From the NCBI GenBank assembly GCA_040954595.2, contig CM082588.2, forward strand, positions 11,855,398 to 11,919,397: a DNA stretch of 64,000 nt, read 5' to 3'. Position 1 is the first letter of the stretch. Every line of letters begins with the position of its first letter. This DNA comes from Balanoglossus misakiensis. Lineage: Eukaryota; Animalia; Hemichordata. The position numbers and the translations under genes were made by a program. Below, piece by piece: positions 43,801 through 57,422 of the stretch. The notes under the pieces were generated by a model. That model was not told where the DNA came from. It searched no databases and was given only the letters and a program-made list of their open reading frames with translations.

Positions 43801-46800
43801 AATTGCAGAAAGTACTCTAATTTGAAACAGGGTTAAAGACCATACAACACACCCAGCAGTGAGGGCGCTTTAGTGCATGTACACAATTAATAATTGATGC
43901 AGGACGGCTTGCCAATTAAATGTCTATTTTACAGAAAATATAAGGTACTTTCTCCATTTCCATTACAGATCTAGAATAGGCAAATTTGCAATTACACTCA
44001 CTCGCATGAATGAATGCTGGCATCTGTGGTGGGCGGCGTGGAACTTTACTTGGTGGCGTGCCGGGAAGGAAGGTGCTCTCCTCAGCTCAACTGCCACCAA
44101 TAAACTGGCCAACAGCAGATGAGTTCATTTCAACAGGTGCCAAGCTCTTTGGCTAGAATAGATAAAATATATTGATGCCGCAATGAATGAATGAAAACAG
44201 TATGAATGACCAGTCAAAGGAGCTCTCCAATGGCACGTAAGAATTTCTAGAATAGGCAAATTTGCAATTACACTCACTCGCATGAATGAATGCTGGCATC
44301 TGTGGTGGGCGGCGTGGAACTTTACTTGGTGGCGTGCCGGGAAGGAAGGTGCTCTCCTCAGCTCAACTGCCACCAATAAACTGGCCCACAGCAGATGAGT
44401 TCATTTCAACAGGTGCCAAGCTCTTTGGCTAGAATAGATAAAATATATTGATGCCGCAATGAATGAATGAAAACAGTATGAATGACCAGTCAATGGAGCT
44501 CTCCAATGGCACGTAAGATTCTAGAATAGGCAAATTTGCAATTACACTCACTCGCATGAATGAATGCTGGCATCTGTGGTGGGCGGCGTGGAACTTTACT
44601 TGGTGGCGTGCCGGGAAGGAAGGTGCTCTCCTCAGCTCAACTGCCACCAATAAACTGGCCCACAGCAGATGAGTTCATTTCAACAGGTGCCAAGCTCTTT
44701 GGCTAGAATAGATAAAATATATTGATGCCGCAATGAATGAATGAAAACAGTATGAATGACCAGTCAATGGAGCTCTCCAATGGCACGTAAGAATTCTAGA
44801 ATAGGCAAATTTGCAATTACACTCACTCGCATGAATGAATGCTGGCATCTGTGGTGGGCGGCGTGGAACTTTACTTGGTGGCGTGCCGGGAAGGAAGGTG
44901 CTCTCCTCAGCTCAACTGCCACCAATAAACTGGCCCACAGCAGATGAGTTCATTTCAACAGGTGCCAAGCTCTTTGGCTAGAATAGATAAAATATATTGA
45001 TGCCGCAATGAATGAATGAAAACAGTATGAATGACCAGTCAATGGAGCTCTCCAATGGCACGTAAGATCTGTCTTGAAATTGCAGAAAGTACTCTAATTT
45101 GAAACAGGGTTAAAGACCATACAACACACCCAGCAGTGAGGGCGCTTTAGTGCATGTACACAATTAATAATTGATGCAGGACGGCTTGCCAATTAAATGT
45201 CTATTTTACAGAAAATATAAGGTACTTTCTCCATTTCCATTACAGAATTCTAGAATAGGCAAATTTGCAATTACACTCACTCGCATGAATGAATGCTGGC
45301 ATCTGTGGTGGGCGGCGTGGAACTTTACTTGGTGGCGTGCCGGGAAGGAAGGTGCTCTCCTCAGCTCAACTGCCACCAATAAACTGGCCCACAGCAGATG
45401 AGTTCATTTCAACAGGTGCCAAGCTCTTTGGCTAGAATAGATAAAATATATTGATGCCGCAATGAATGAATGAAAACAGTATGAATGACCAGTCAATGGA
45501 GCTCTCCAATGGCACGTAAGATTCTAGAATAGGCAAATTTGCAATTACACTCACTCGCATGAATGAATGCTGGCATCTGTGGTGGGCGGCGTGGAACTTT
45601 ACTTGGTGGCGTGCCGGGAAGGAAGGTGCTCTCCTCAGCTCAACTGCCACCAATAAACTGGCCCACAGCAGATGAGTTCATTTCAACAGGTGCCAAGCTC
45701 TTCGGCTAGAATAGATAAAATATATTGATGCCGCAATGAATGAATGAAAACAGTATGAATGACCAGTCAATGGAGCTCTCCAATGGCACGTAAGATTCTA
45801 GAATAGGCAAATTTGCAATTACACTCACTCGCATGAATGAATGCTGGCATCTGTGGTGGGCGGCGTGGAACTTTACTTGGTGGCGTGCCGGGAAAGAAGG
45901 TGCTCTCCTCAGCTCAACTGCCACCAATAAACTGGCCCACAGCAGATGAGTTCATTTCAACAGGTGCCAAGCTCTTTGGCTAGAATAGATAAAATATATT
46001 GATGCCGCAATGAATGAATGAAAACAGTATGAATGACCAGTCAATGGAGCTCTCCAATGGCACGTAAGATCTGTCTTGAAATTGCAGAAAGTACTCTAAT
46101 TTGAAACAGGGTTAAAGACCATACAACACACCCAGCAGTGAGGGCGCTTTAGTGCATGTACACAATTAATAATTGATGCAGGACGGCTTGCCAATTAAAT
46201 GTCTATTTTACAGAAAATATAAGGTACTTTCTCCATTTCCATTACAGATCTAGAATAGGCAAATTTGCAATTACACTCACTCGCATGAATGAATGCTGGC
46301 ATCTGTGGTGGGCGGCGTGGAACTTTACTTGGTGGCGTGCCGGGAAGGAAGGTGCTCTCCTCAGCTCAACTGCCACCAATAAACTGGCCCACAGCAGATG
46401 AGTTCATTTCAACAGGTGCCAAGCTCTTTGGCTAGAATAGATAAAATATATTGATGCCGCAATGAATGAATGAAAACAGTATGAATGACCAGTCAATGGA
46501 GCTCTCCAATGGCACGTAAGAATTCTAGAATAGGCAAATTTGCAATTACACTCACTCGCATGAATGAATGCTGGCATCTGTGGTGGGCGGCGTGGAACTT
46601 TACTTGGTGGCGTGCCGGGAAGGAAGGTGCTCTCCTCAGCTCAACTGCCACCAATAAACTGGCCCACAGCAGATGAGTTCATTTCAACAGGTGCCAAGCT
46701 CTTTGGCTAGAATAGATAAAATATATTGATGCCGCAATGAATGAATGAAAACAGTATGAATGACCAGTCAATGGAGCTCTCCAATGGCACGTAAGAATTC

Positions 46801-49800
46801 TAGAATAGGCAAATTTGCAATTACACTCACTCGCATGAATGAATGCTGGCATCTGTGGTGGGCGGCGTGGAACTTTACTTGGTGGCGTGCCGGGAAGGAA
46901 GGTGCTCTCCTCAGCTCAACTGCCACCAATAAACTGGCCCACAGCAGATGAGTTCATTTCAACAGGTGCCAAGCTCTTTGGCTAGAATAGATAAAATATA
47001 TTGATGCCGCAATGAATGAATGAAAACAGTATGAATGACCAGTCAATGGAGCTCTCCAATGGCACGTAAGAATTCTAGAATAGGCAAATTTGCAATTACA
47101 CTCACTCGCATGAATGAATGCTGGCATCTGTGGTGGGCGGCGTGGAACTTTACTTGGTGGCGTGCCGGGAAGGAAGGTGCTCTCCTCAGCTCAACTGCCA
47201 CCAATAAACTGGCCCACAGCAGATGAGTTCATTTCAACAGGTGCCAAGCTCTTTGGCTAGAATAGATAAAATATATTGATGCCGCAATGAATGAATGAAA
47301 ACAGTATGAATGACCAGTCAATGGAGCTCTCCAATGGCACGTAAGATTCTAGAATAGGCAAATTTGCAATTACACTCACTCGCATGAATGAATGCTGGCA
47401 TCTGTGGTGGGCGGCGTGGAACTTTACTTGGTGGCGTGCCGGGAAGGAAGGTGCTCTCCTCAGCTCAACTGCCACCAATAAACTGGCCCACAGCAGATGA
47501 GTTCATTTCAACAGGTGCCAAGCTCTTCGGCTAGAATAGATAAAATATATTGATGCCGCAATGAATGAATGAAAACAGTATGAATGACCAGTCAATGGAG
47601 CTCTCCAATGGCACGTAAGATTCTAGAATAGGCAAATTTGCAATTACACTCACTCGCATGAATGAATGCTGGCATCTGTGGTGGGCGGCGTGGAACTTTA
47701 CTTGGTGGCGTGCCGGGAAAGAAGGTGCTCTCCTCAGCTCAACTGCCACCAATAAACTGGCCCACAGCAGATGAGTTCATTTCAACAGGTGCCAAGCTCT
47801 TTGGCTAGAATAGATAAAATATATTGATGCCGCAATGAATGAATGAAAACAGTATGAATGACCAGTCAATGGAGCTCTCCAATGGCACGTAAGAATTCTA
47901 GAATAGGCAAATTTGCAATTACACTCACTCGCATGAATGAATGCTGGCATCTGTGGTGGGCGGCGTGGAACTTTACTTGGTGGCGTGCCGGGAAGGAAGG
48001 TGCTCTCCTCAGCTCAACTGCCACCAATAAACTGGCCCACAGCAGATGAGTTCATTTCAACAGGTGCCAAGCTCTTTGGCTAGAATAGATAAAATATATT
48101 GATGCCGCAATGAATGAATGAAAACAGTATGAATGACCAGTCAATGGAGCTCTCCAATGGCACGTAAGATTCTAGAATAGGCAAATTTGCAATTACACTC
48201 ACTCGCATGAATGAATGCTGGCATCTGTGGTGGGCGGCGTGGAACTTTACTTGGTGGCGTGCCGGGAAAGAAGGTGCTCTCCTCAGCTCAACTGCCACCA
48301 ATAAACTGGCCCACAGCAGATGAGTTCATTTCAACAGGTGCCAAGCTCTTTGGCTAGAATAGATAAAATATATTGATGCCGCAATGAATGAATGAAAACA
48401 GTATGAATGACCAGTCAATGGAGCTCTCCAATGGCACGTAAGATCTGTCTTGAAATTGCAGAAAGTACTCTAATTTGAAACAGGGTTAAAGACCATACAA
48501 CACACCCAGCAGTGAGGGCGCTTTAGTGCATGTACACAATTAATAATTGATGCAGGACGGCTTGCCAATTAAATGTCTATTTTACAGAAAATATAAGGTA
48601 CTTTCTCCATTTCCATTACAGATCTAGAATAGGCAAATTTGCAATTACACTCACTCGCATGAATGAATGCTGGCATCTGTGGTGGGCGGCGTGGAACTTT
48701 ACTTGGTGGCGTGCCGGGAAGGAAGGTGCTCTCCTCAGCTCAACTGCCACCAATAAACTGGCCCACAGCAGATGAGTTCATTTCAACAGGTGCCAAGCTC
48801 TTCGGCTAGAATAGATAAAATATATTGATGCCGCAATGAATGAATGAAAACAGTATGAATGACCAGTCAATGGAGCTCTCCAATGGCACGTAAGATTCTA
48901 GAATAGGCAAATTTGCAATTACACTCACTCGCATGAATGAATGCTGGCATCAGTGGTGGGCGGCGTGGAACTTTACTTGGTGGCGTGCCGGGAAGGAAGG
49001 TGCTCTCCTCAGCTCAACTGCCACCAATAAACTGGCCCACAGCAGATGAGTTCATTTCAACAGGTGCCAAGCTCTTTGGCTAGAATAGATAAAATATATT
49101 GATGCCGCAATGAATGAATGAAAACAGTATGAATGACCAGTCAATGGAGCTCTCCAATGGCACGTAAGATCTGTCTTGAAATTGCAGAAAGTACTCTAAT
49201 TTGAAACAGGGTTAAAGACCATACAACACACCCAGCAGTGAGGGCGCTTTAGTGCATGTACACAATTAATAATTGATGCAGGACGGCTTGCCAATTAAAT
49301 GTCTATTTTACAGAAAATATAAGGTACTTTCTCCATTTCCATTACAGATCTAGAATAGGCAAATTTGCAATTACACTCACTCGCATGAATGAATGCTGGC
49401 ATCTGTGGTGGGCGGCGTGGAACTTTACTTGGTGGCGTGCCGGGAAGGAAGGTGCTCTCCTCAGCTCAACTGCCACCAATAAACTGGCCCACAGCAGATG
49501 AGTTCATTTCAACAGGTGCCAAGCTCTTTGGCTAGAATAGATAAAATATATTGATGCCGCAATGAATGAATGAAAACAGTATGAATGACCAGTCAATGGA
49601 GCTCTCCAATGGCACGTAAGATCTGTCTTGAAATTGCAGAAAGTACTCTAATTTGAAACAGGGTTAAAGACCATACAACACACCCAGCAGTGAGGGCGCT
49701 TTAGTGCATGTACACAATTAATAATTGATGCAGGACGGCTTGCCAATTAAATGTCTATTTTACAGAAAATATAAGGTACTTTCTCCATTTCGATTACAGA

Positions 49801-52800
49801 TCTAGAATAGGCAAATTTGCAATTACACTCACTCGCATGAATGAATGCTGGCATCTGTGGTGGGCGGCGTGGAACTTTACTTGGTGGCGTGCCGGGAAGG
49901 AAGGTGCTCTCCTCAGCTCAACTGCCACCAATAAACTGGCCCACAGCAGATGAGTTCATTTCAACAGGTGCCAAGCTCTTTGGCTAGAATAGATAAAATA
50001 TATTGATGCCGCAATGAATGAATGAAAACAGTATGAATGACCAGTCAATGGAGCTCTCCAATGGCACGTAAGATCTGTCTTGAAATTGCAGAAAGTACTC
50101 TAATTTGAAACAGGGTTAAAGACCATACAACACACCCAGCAGTGAGGGCGCTTTAGTGCATGTACACAATTAATAATTGATGCAGGACGGCTTGCCAATT
50201 AAATGTCTATTTTACAGAAAATATAAGGTACTTTCTCCATTTCCATTACAGATCTAGAATAGGCAAATTTGCAATTACACTCACTCGCATGAATGAATGC
50301 TGGCATCTGTGGTGGGCGGCGTGGAACTTTACTTGGTGGCGTGCCGGGAAGGAAGGTGCTCTCCTCAGCTCAACTGCCACCAATAAACTGGCCCACAGCA
50401 GATGAGTTCATTTCAACAGGTGCCAAGCTCTTTGGCTAGAATAGATAAAATATATTGATGCCGCAATGAATGAATGAAAACAGTATGAATGACCAGTCAA
50501 TGGAGCTCTCCAATGGCACGTAAGATCTGTCTTGAAATTGCAGAAAGTACTCTAATTTGAAACAGGGTTAAAGACCATACAACACACCCAGCAGTGAGGG
50601 CGCTTTAGTGCATGTACACAATTAATAATTGATGCAGGACGGCTTGCCAATTAAATGTCTATTTTACAGAAAATATAAGGTACTTTCTCCATTTCCATTA
50701 CAGATCTAGGATAGGCAAATTTGCAATTACACTCACTCGCATGAATGAATGCTGGCATCTGTGGTGGGCGGCGTGGAACTTTACTTGGTGGCGTGCCGGG
50801 AAGGAAGGTGCTCTCCTCAGCTCAACTGCCACCAATAAACTGGCCCACAGCTGATGAGTTCATTTCAACAGGTGCCAAGCTCTTTGGCTAGTATAGATAA
50901 AATATATTGATGCCGCAATGAATGAATGAAAACAGTATGAATGACCAGTCAATGGAGCTCTCCAATGGCACGTAAGATCTGTCTTGAAATTGCAGAAAGT
51001 ACTCTAATTTGAAACAGGGTTAAAGACCATACAACACACCCAGCAGTGAGGGCGCTTTAGTGCATGTACACAATTAATAATTGATGCAGGACGGCTTGCC
51101 AATTAAATGTCTATTTTACAGAAAATATAAGGTACTTTCTCCATTTCCATTACAGATCTAGAATAGGCAAATTTGCAATTACACTCACTCGCATGAATGA
51201 ATGCTGGCATCTGTGGTGGGCGGCGTGGAACTTTACTTGGTGGCGTGCCGGGAAGGAAGGTGCTCTCCTCAGCTCAACTGCCACCAATAAACTGGCCCAC
51301 AGCAGATGAGTTCATTTCAACAGGTGCCAAGCTCTTTGGCTAGAATAGATAAAATATATTGATGCCGCAATGAATGAATGAAAACAGTATGAATGACCAG
51401 TCAATGGAGCTCTCCAATGGCACGTAAGATTCTAGAATAGGCAAATTTGCAATTACACTCACTCGCATGAATGAATGCTGGCATCTGTGGTGGGCGGCGT
51501 GGAACTTTACTTGGTGGCGTGCCGGGAAGGAAGGTGCTCTCCTCAGCTCAACTGCCACCAATAAACTGGCCCACAGCAGATGAGTTCATTTCAACAGGTG
51601 CCAAGCTCTTCGGCTAGAATAGATAAAATATATTGATGCCGCAATGAATGAATGAAAACAGTATGAATGACCAGTCAATGGAGCTCTCCAATGGCACGTA
51701 AGATTCTAGAATAGGCAAATTTGCAATTACACTCACTCGCATGAATGAATGCTGGCATCTGTGGTGGGCGGCGTGGAACTTTACTTGGTGGCGTGCCGGG
51801 AAAGAAGGTGCTCTCCTCAGCTCAACTGCCACCAATAAACTGGCCCACAGCAGATGAGTTCATTTCAACAGGTGCCAAGCTCTTTGGCTAGAATAGATAA
51901 AATATATTGATGCCGCAATGAATGAATGAAAACAGTATGAATGACCAGTCAATGGAGCTCTCCAATGGCACGTAATTCTAGAATAGGCAAATTTGCAATT
52001 ACACTCACTCGCATGAAAGAATGCTGGCATCTGTGGTGGGCGGCGTGGAACTTTACTTGGTGGCGTGCCGGGAAGGAAGGTGCTCTCCTCAGCTCAACTG
52101 CCACCAATAAACTGGCCCACAGCAGATGAGTTCATTTCAACAGGTGCCAAGCTCTTTGGCTAGAATAGATAAAATATATTGATGCCGCAATGAATGAATG
52201 AAAACAGTATGAATGACCAGTCAATGGAGCTCTCCAATGGCACGTAAGATCTGTCTTGAAATTGCAGAAAGTACTCTAATTTGAAACAGGGTTAAAGACC
52301 ATACAACACACCCAGCAGTGAGGGCGCTTTAGTGCATGTACACAATTAATAATTGATGCAGGACGGCTTGCCAATTAAATGTCTATTTTACAGAAAATAT
52401 AAGGTACTTTCTCCATTTCCATTACAGATCTAGAATAGGCAAATTTGCAATTACACTCACTCGCATGAATGAATGCTGGCATCTGTGGTGGGCGGCGTGG
52501 AACTTTACTTGGTGGCGTGCCGGGAAGGAAGGTGCTCTCCTCAGCTCAACTGCCACCAATAAACTGGCCCACAGCAGATGAGTTCATTTCAACAGGTGCC
52601 AAGCTCTTTGGCTAGAATAGATAAAATATATTGATGCCGCAATGAATGAATGAAAACAGTATGAATGACCAGTCAATGGAGCTCTCCAATGGCACGTAAG
52701 ATCTGTCTTGAAATTGCAGAAAGTACTCTAATTTGAAACAGGGTTAAAGACCATACAACACACCCAGCAGTGAGGGCGCTTTAGTGCATGTACACAATTA

Positions 52801-55800
52801 ATAATTGATGCAGGACGGCTTGCCAATTAAATGTCTATTTTACAGAAAATATAAGGTACTTTCTCCATTTCCATTACAGATCTAGAATAGGCAAATTTGC
52901 AATTACACTCACTCGCATGAATGAATGCTGGCATCTGTGGTGGGCGGCGTGGAACTTTACTTGGTGGCGTGCCGGGAAGGAAGGTGCTCTCCTCAGCTCA
53001 ACTGCCACCAATAAACTGGCCCACAGCAGATGAGTTCATTTCAACAGGTGCCAAGCTCTTTGGCTAGAATAGATAAAATATATTGATGCCGCAATGAATG
53101 AATGAAAACAGTATGAATGACCAGTCAATGGAGCTCTCCAATGGCACGTAAGATCTGTCTTGAAATTGCAGAAAGTACTCTAATTTGAAACAGGGTTAAA
53201 GACCATACAACACACCCAGCAGTGAGGGCGCTTTAGTGCATGTACACAATTAATAATTGATGCAGGACGGCTTGCCAATTAAATGTCTATTTTACAGAAA
53301 ATATAAGGTACTTTCTCCATTTCCATTACAGATCTAGAATAGGCAAATTTGCAATTACACTCACTCGCATGAATGAATGCTGGCATCTGTGGTGGGCGGC
53401 GTGGAACTTTACTTGGTGGCGTGCCGGGAAGGAAGGTGCTCTCCTCAGCTCAACTGCCACCAATAAACTGGCCCACAGCAGATGAGTTCATTTCAACAGG
53501 TGCCAAGCTCTTTGGCTAGAATAGATAAAATATATTGATGCCGCAATGAATGAATGAAAACAGTATGAATGACCAGTCAATGGAGCTCTCCAATGGCACG
53601 TAAGATTCTAGAATAGGCAAATTTGCAATTACACTCACTCGCATGAATGAATGCTGGCATCTGTGGTGGGCGGCGTGGAACTTTACTTGGTGGCGTGCCG
53701 GGAAGGAAGGTGCTCTCCTCAGCTCAACTGCCACCAATAAACTGGCCCACAGCAGATGAGTTCATTTCAACAGGTGCCAAGCTCTTCGGCTAGAATAGAT
53801 AAAATATATTGATGCCGCAATGAATGAATGAAAACAGTATGAATGACCAGTCAATGGAGCTCTCCAATGGCACGTAAGATTCTAGAATAGGCAAATTTGC
53901 AATTACACTCACTCGCATGAATGAATGCTGGCATCTGTGGTGGGCGGCGTGGAACTTTACTTGGTGGCGTGCCGGGAAAGAAGGTGCTCTCCTCAGCTCA
54001 ACTGCCACCAATAAACTGGCCCACAGCAGATGAGTTCATTTCAACAGGTGCCAAGCTCTTTGGCTAGAATAGATAAAATATATTGATGCCGCAATGAATG
54101 AATGAAAACAGTATGAATGACCAGTCAATGGAGCTCTCCAATGGCACGTAAGATCTGTCTTGAAATTGCAGAAAGTACTCTAATTTGAAACAGGGTTAAA
54201 GACCATACAACACACCCAGCAGTGAGGGCGCTTTAGTGCATGTACACAATTAATAATTGATGCAGGACGGCTTGCCAATTAAATGTCTATTTTACAGAAA
54301 ATATAAGGTACTTTCTCCATTTCCATTACAGATCTAGAATAGGCAAATTTGCAATTACACTCACTCGCATGAATGAATGCTGGCATCTGTGGTGGGCGGC
54401 GTGGAACTTTACTTGGTGGCGTGCCGGGAAGGAAGGTGCTCTCCTCAGCTCAACTGCCACCAATAAACTGGCCCACAGCAGATGAGTTCATTTCAACAGG
54501 TGCCAAGCTCTTTGGCTAGAATAGATAAAATATATTGATGCCGCAATGAATGAATGAAAACAGTATGAATGACCAGTCAATGGAGCTCTCCAATGGCACG
54601 TAAGATCTGTCTTGAAATTGCAGAAAGTACTCTAATTTGAAACAGGGTTAAAGACCATACAACACACCCAGCAGTGAGGGCGCTTTAGTGCATGTACACA
54701 ATTAATAATTGATGCAGGACGGCTTGCCAATTAAATGTCTATTTTACAGAAAATATAAGGTACTTTCTCCATTTCCATTACAGATCTAGAATAGGCAAAT
54801 TTGCAATTACACTCACTCGCATGAATGAATGCTGGCATCTGTGGTGGGCGGCGTGGAACTTTACTTGGTGGCGTGCCGGGAAGGAAGGTGCTCTCCTCAG
54901 CTCAACTGCCACCAATAAACTGGCCCACAGCAGATGAGTTCATTTCAACAGGTGCCAAGCTCTTTGGCTAGAATAGATAAAATATATTGATGCCGCAATG
55001 AATGAATGAAAACAGTATGAATGACCAGTCAATGGAGCTCTCCAATGGCACGTAAGATTCTAGAATAGGCAAATTTGCAATTACACTCACTCGCATGAAT
55101 GAATGCTGGCATCTGTGGTGGGCGGCGTGGAACTTTACTTGGTGGCGTGCCGGGAAGGAAGGTGCTCTCCTCAGCTCAACTGCCACCAATAAACTGGCCC
55201 ACAGCAGATGAGTTCATTTCAACAGGTGCCAAGCTCTTTGGCTAGAATAGATAAAATATATTGATGCCGCAATGAATGAATGAAAACAGTATGAATGACC
55301 AGTCAATGGAGCTCTCCAATGGCACGTAAGATTCTAGAATAGGCAAATTTGCAATTACACTCACTCGCATGAATGAATGCTGGCATCTGTGGTGGGCGGC
55401 GTGGAACTTTACTTGGTGGCGTGCCGGGAAGGAAGGTGCTCTCCTCAGCTCAACTGCCACCAATAAACTGGCCCACAGCAGATGAGTTCATTTCAACAGG
55501 TGCCAAGCTCTTCGGCTAGAATAGATAAAATATATTGATGCCGCAATGAATGAATGAAAACAGTATGAATGACCAGTCAATGGAGCTCTCCAATGGCACG
55601 TAAGATTCTAGAATAGGCAAATTTGCAATGACACTCACTCGCATGAATGAATGCTGGCATCTGTGGTGGGCGGCGTGGAACTTTACTTGGTGGCGTGCCG
55701 GGAAAGAAGGTGCTCTCCTCAGCTCAACTGCCACCAATAAACTGGCCCACAGCAGATGAGTTCATTTCAACAGGTGCCAAGCTCTTTGGCTAGAATAGAT

Positions 55801-55925
55801 AAAATATATTGATGCCGCAATGAATGAATGAAAACAGTATGAATGACCAGTCAATGGAGCTCTCCAATGGCACGTAAGATCTGTCTTGAAATTGCAGAAA
55901 GTACTCTAATTTGAAACAGGGTTAA

Positions 55926-57422
55926 CACTTTCGCTGCGGGAGGGCGTTTTCTGCGCCGGCAGTCAGAATGCGGGAGGCGCATAAATGCGCCAAGATCGCG
56001 TCCGTTACTTGGTCTGTTCTATTTTATGTTCGTTGCTTATTTACTCATTTTGTATGACTATATATAGGACAGGGGTCAACCCTAATTGAGCATGCGCATA
56101 TGTATTGTAAACAATCAAGTCGATTTTGTCATCAAAGGGTTTCCTTATACAGCTGATTTTAGGTCGCCCCGATCATATTTTTTCATTCACTTGGTATTTA
56201 AAAATGGCGACATGGGCAAAGTTTGATGCCGACGAAGTTCTTGAACAAGTCTTTCAGGATAGTGACAGCGATCATAGCGATAGCGGAAGCCAAATTACGG
56301 ACAACAACATCATAGAACCAGAAATAGAAGCCAGACACGGAGAAAACAGAGTAGAGACAGAGAGAGAGGGAGGGTTTTTGCCATGTTCTCGGACGTCGTA
56401 ACGTTGATGGTGACACGCGGTGGGTTTTGTATGACGTAAATGACAATTACACACCGGACTGGTTGTCTGTATACGATCGTCGCTAAGGTTTATTAGTTGA
56501 CACTGATGACTTTGCGCCGGTTGACTTTTTTCAGCTGTTCTTTCCTGGTGATGTGTTTGAGTTGATGTCATTGTCAGAGCAAACTGATATGTACACCGCA
56601 CAATTTTTTGACAACCCTGCAATAGATGAGTTGCCCTTCCGGTCAAGATTTCGCCAGATGCCTACTTCACTGAATTAAATAAAGGCGTAGGTTTCTTTGC
56701 AAATCTTGATGGGACTTTGCCAGAAGTCTATGTTGTCAGAGTATTATATCCATTTGAAATGAATTGCCAAAACAGTACTATGCTAATGAATTTTTTTTAA
56801 ATGTGTGTATATTCATATTTACCAACCTTGATTTCTTCAACTTGCAATTCATTAAAACGTAGAGTATTTAATAAATTACTTAATTAATTTATTTTATTCT
56901 TATTATTTATTTACAAATTCAATCATTCACCTTTTCACTAATAATCTATATTTCTTTCTCAGATTTTAAACATGTATACATGTAAATGGTGGGCATGATT
57001 TGATAATTGTTTTTATGGTCCATTAATAAATTTGATCAAATTTCTTGCTCAAAAGTCACTTGTTATTCCCTTTTATACAGGGGGAAGTTGTTTTTGACTA
57101 TTTTTGTCTGTCAGCTGTGATACAATGAATTAAATACAGTATTTCAGTCACTTATATTACAATATCTGTTGTTTTACCATATTTCGACAGAAATCCATTA
57201 TGGCCGCCAGTGTCACATGACCAATTAATGGTCATGTGACCATTTTTCAGTTTTATTATGTTGGTTGTCTTATAAAATATACTTGCTGGAAATATCATTG
57301 CATATACTTTCATATTACAAGAGATAGAGATGGTAAAGTAAAACATTGTTTATTAGTTAAATTTACCATAGGAAACTACGCACAGGAATACATTAGCATA
57401 TATTAACTACGCAGTGAAAGTG
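55926..57422 (+). mobile_element. Non-autonomous piggyBac element, copy 2 (same site in B, same orientation)
   Basis: TTAA at 55922-55925 and 57423-57426. Same TIRs and identical ORF translations at offset 34588. Confidence 0.93.
56204..56747 (+). pseudogene. Truncated piggyBac-type transposase pseudogene, copy 2
   Basis: Same sequence and same disabling lesions as 21616-22159, offset 34588. Confidence 0.85.
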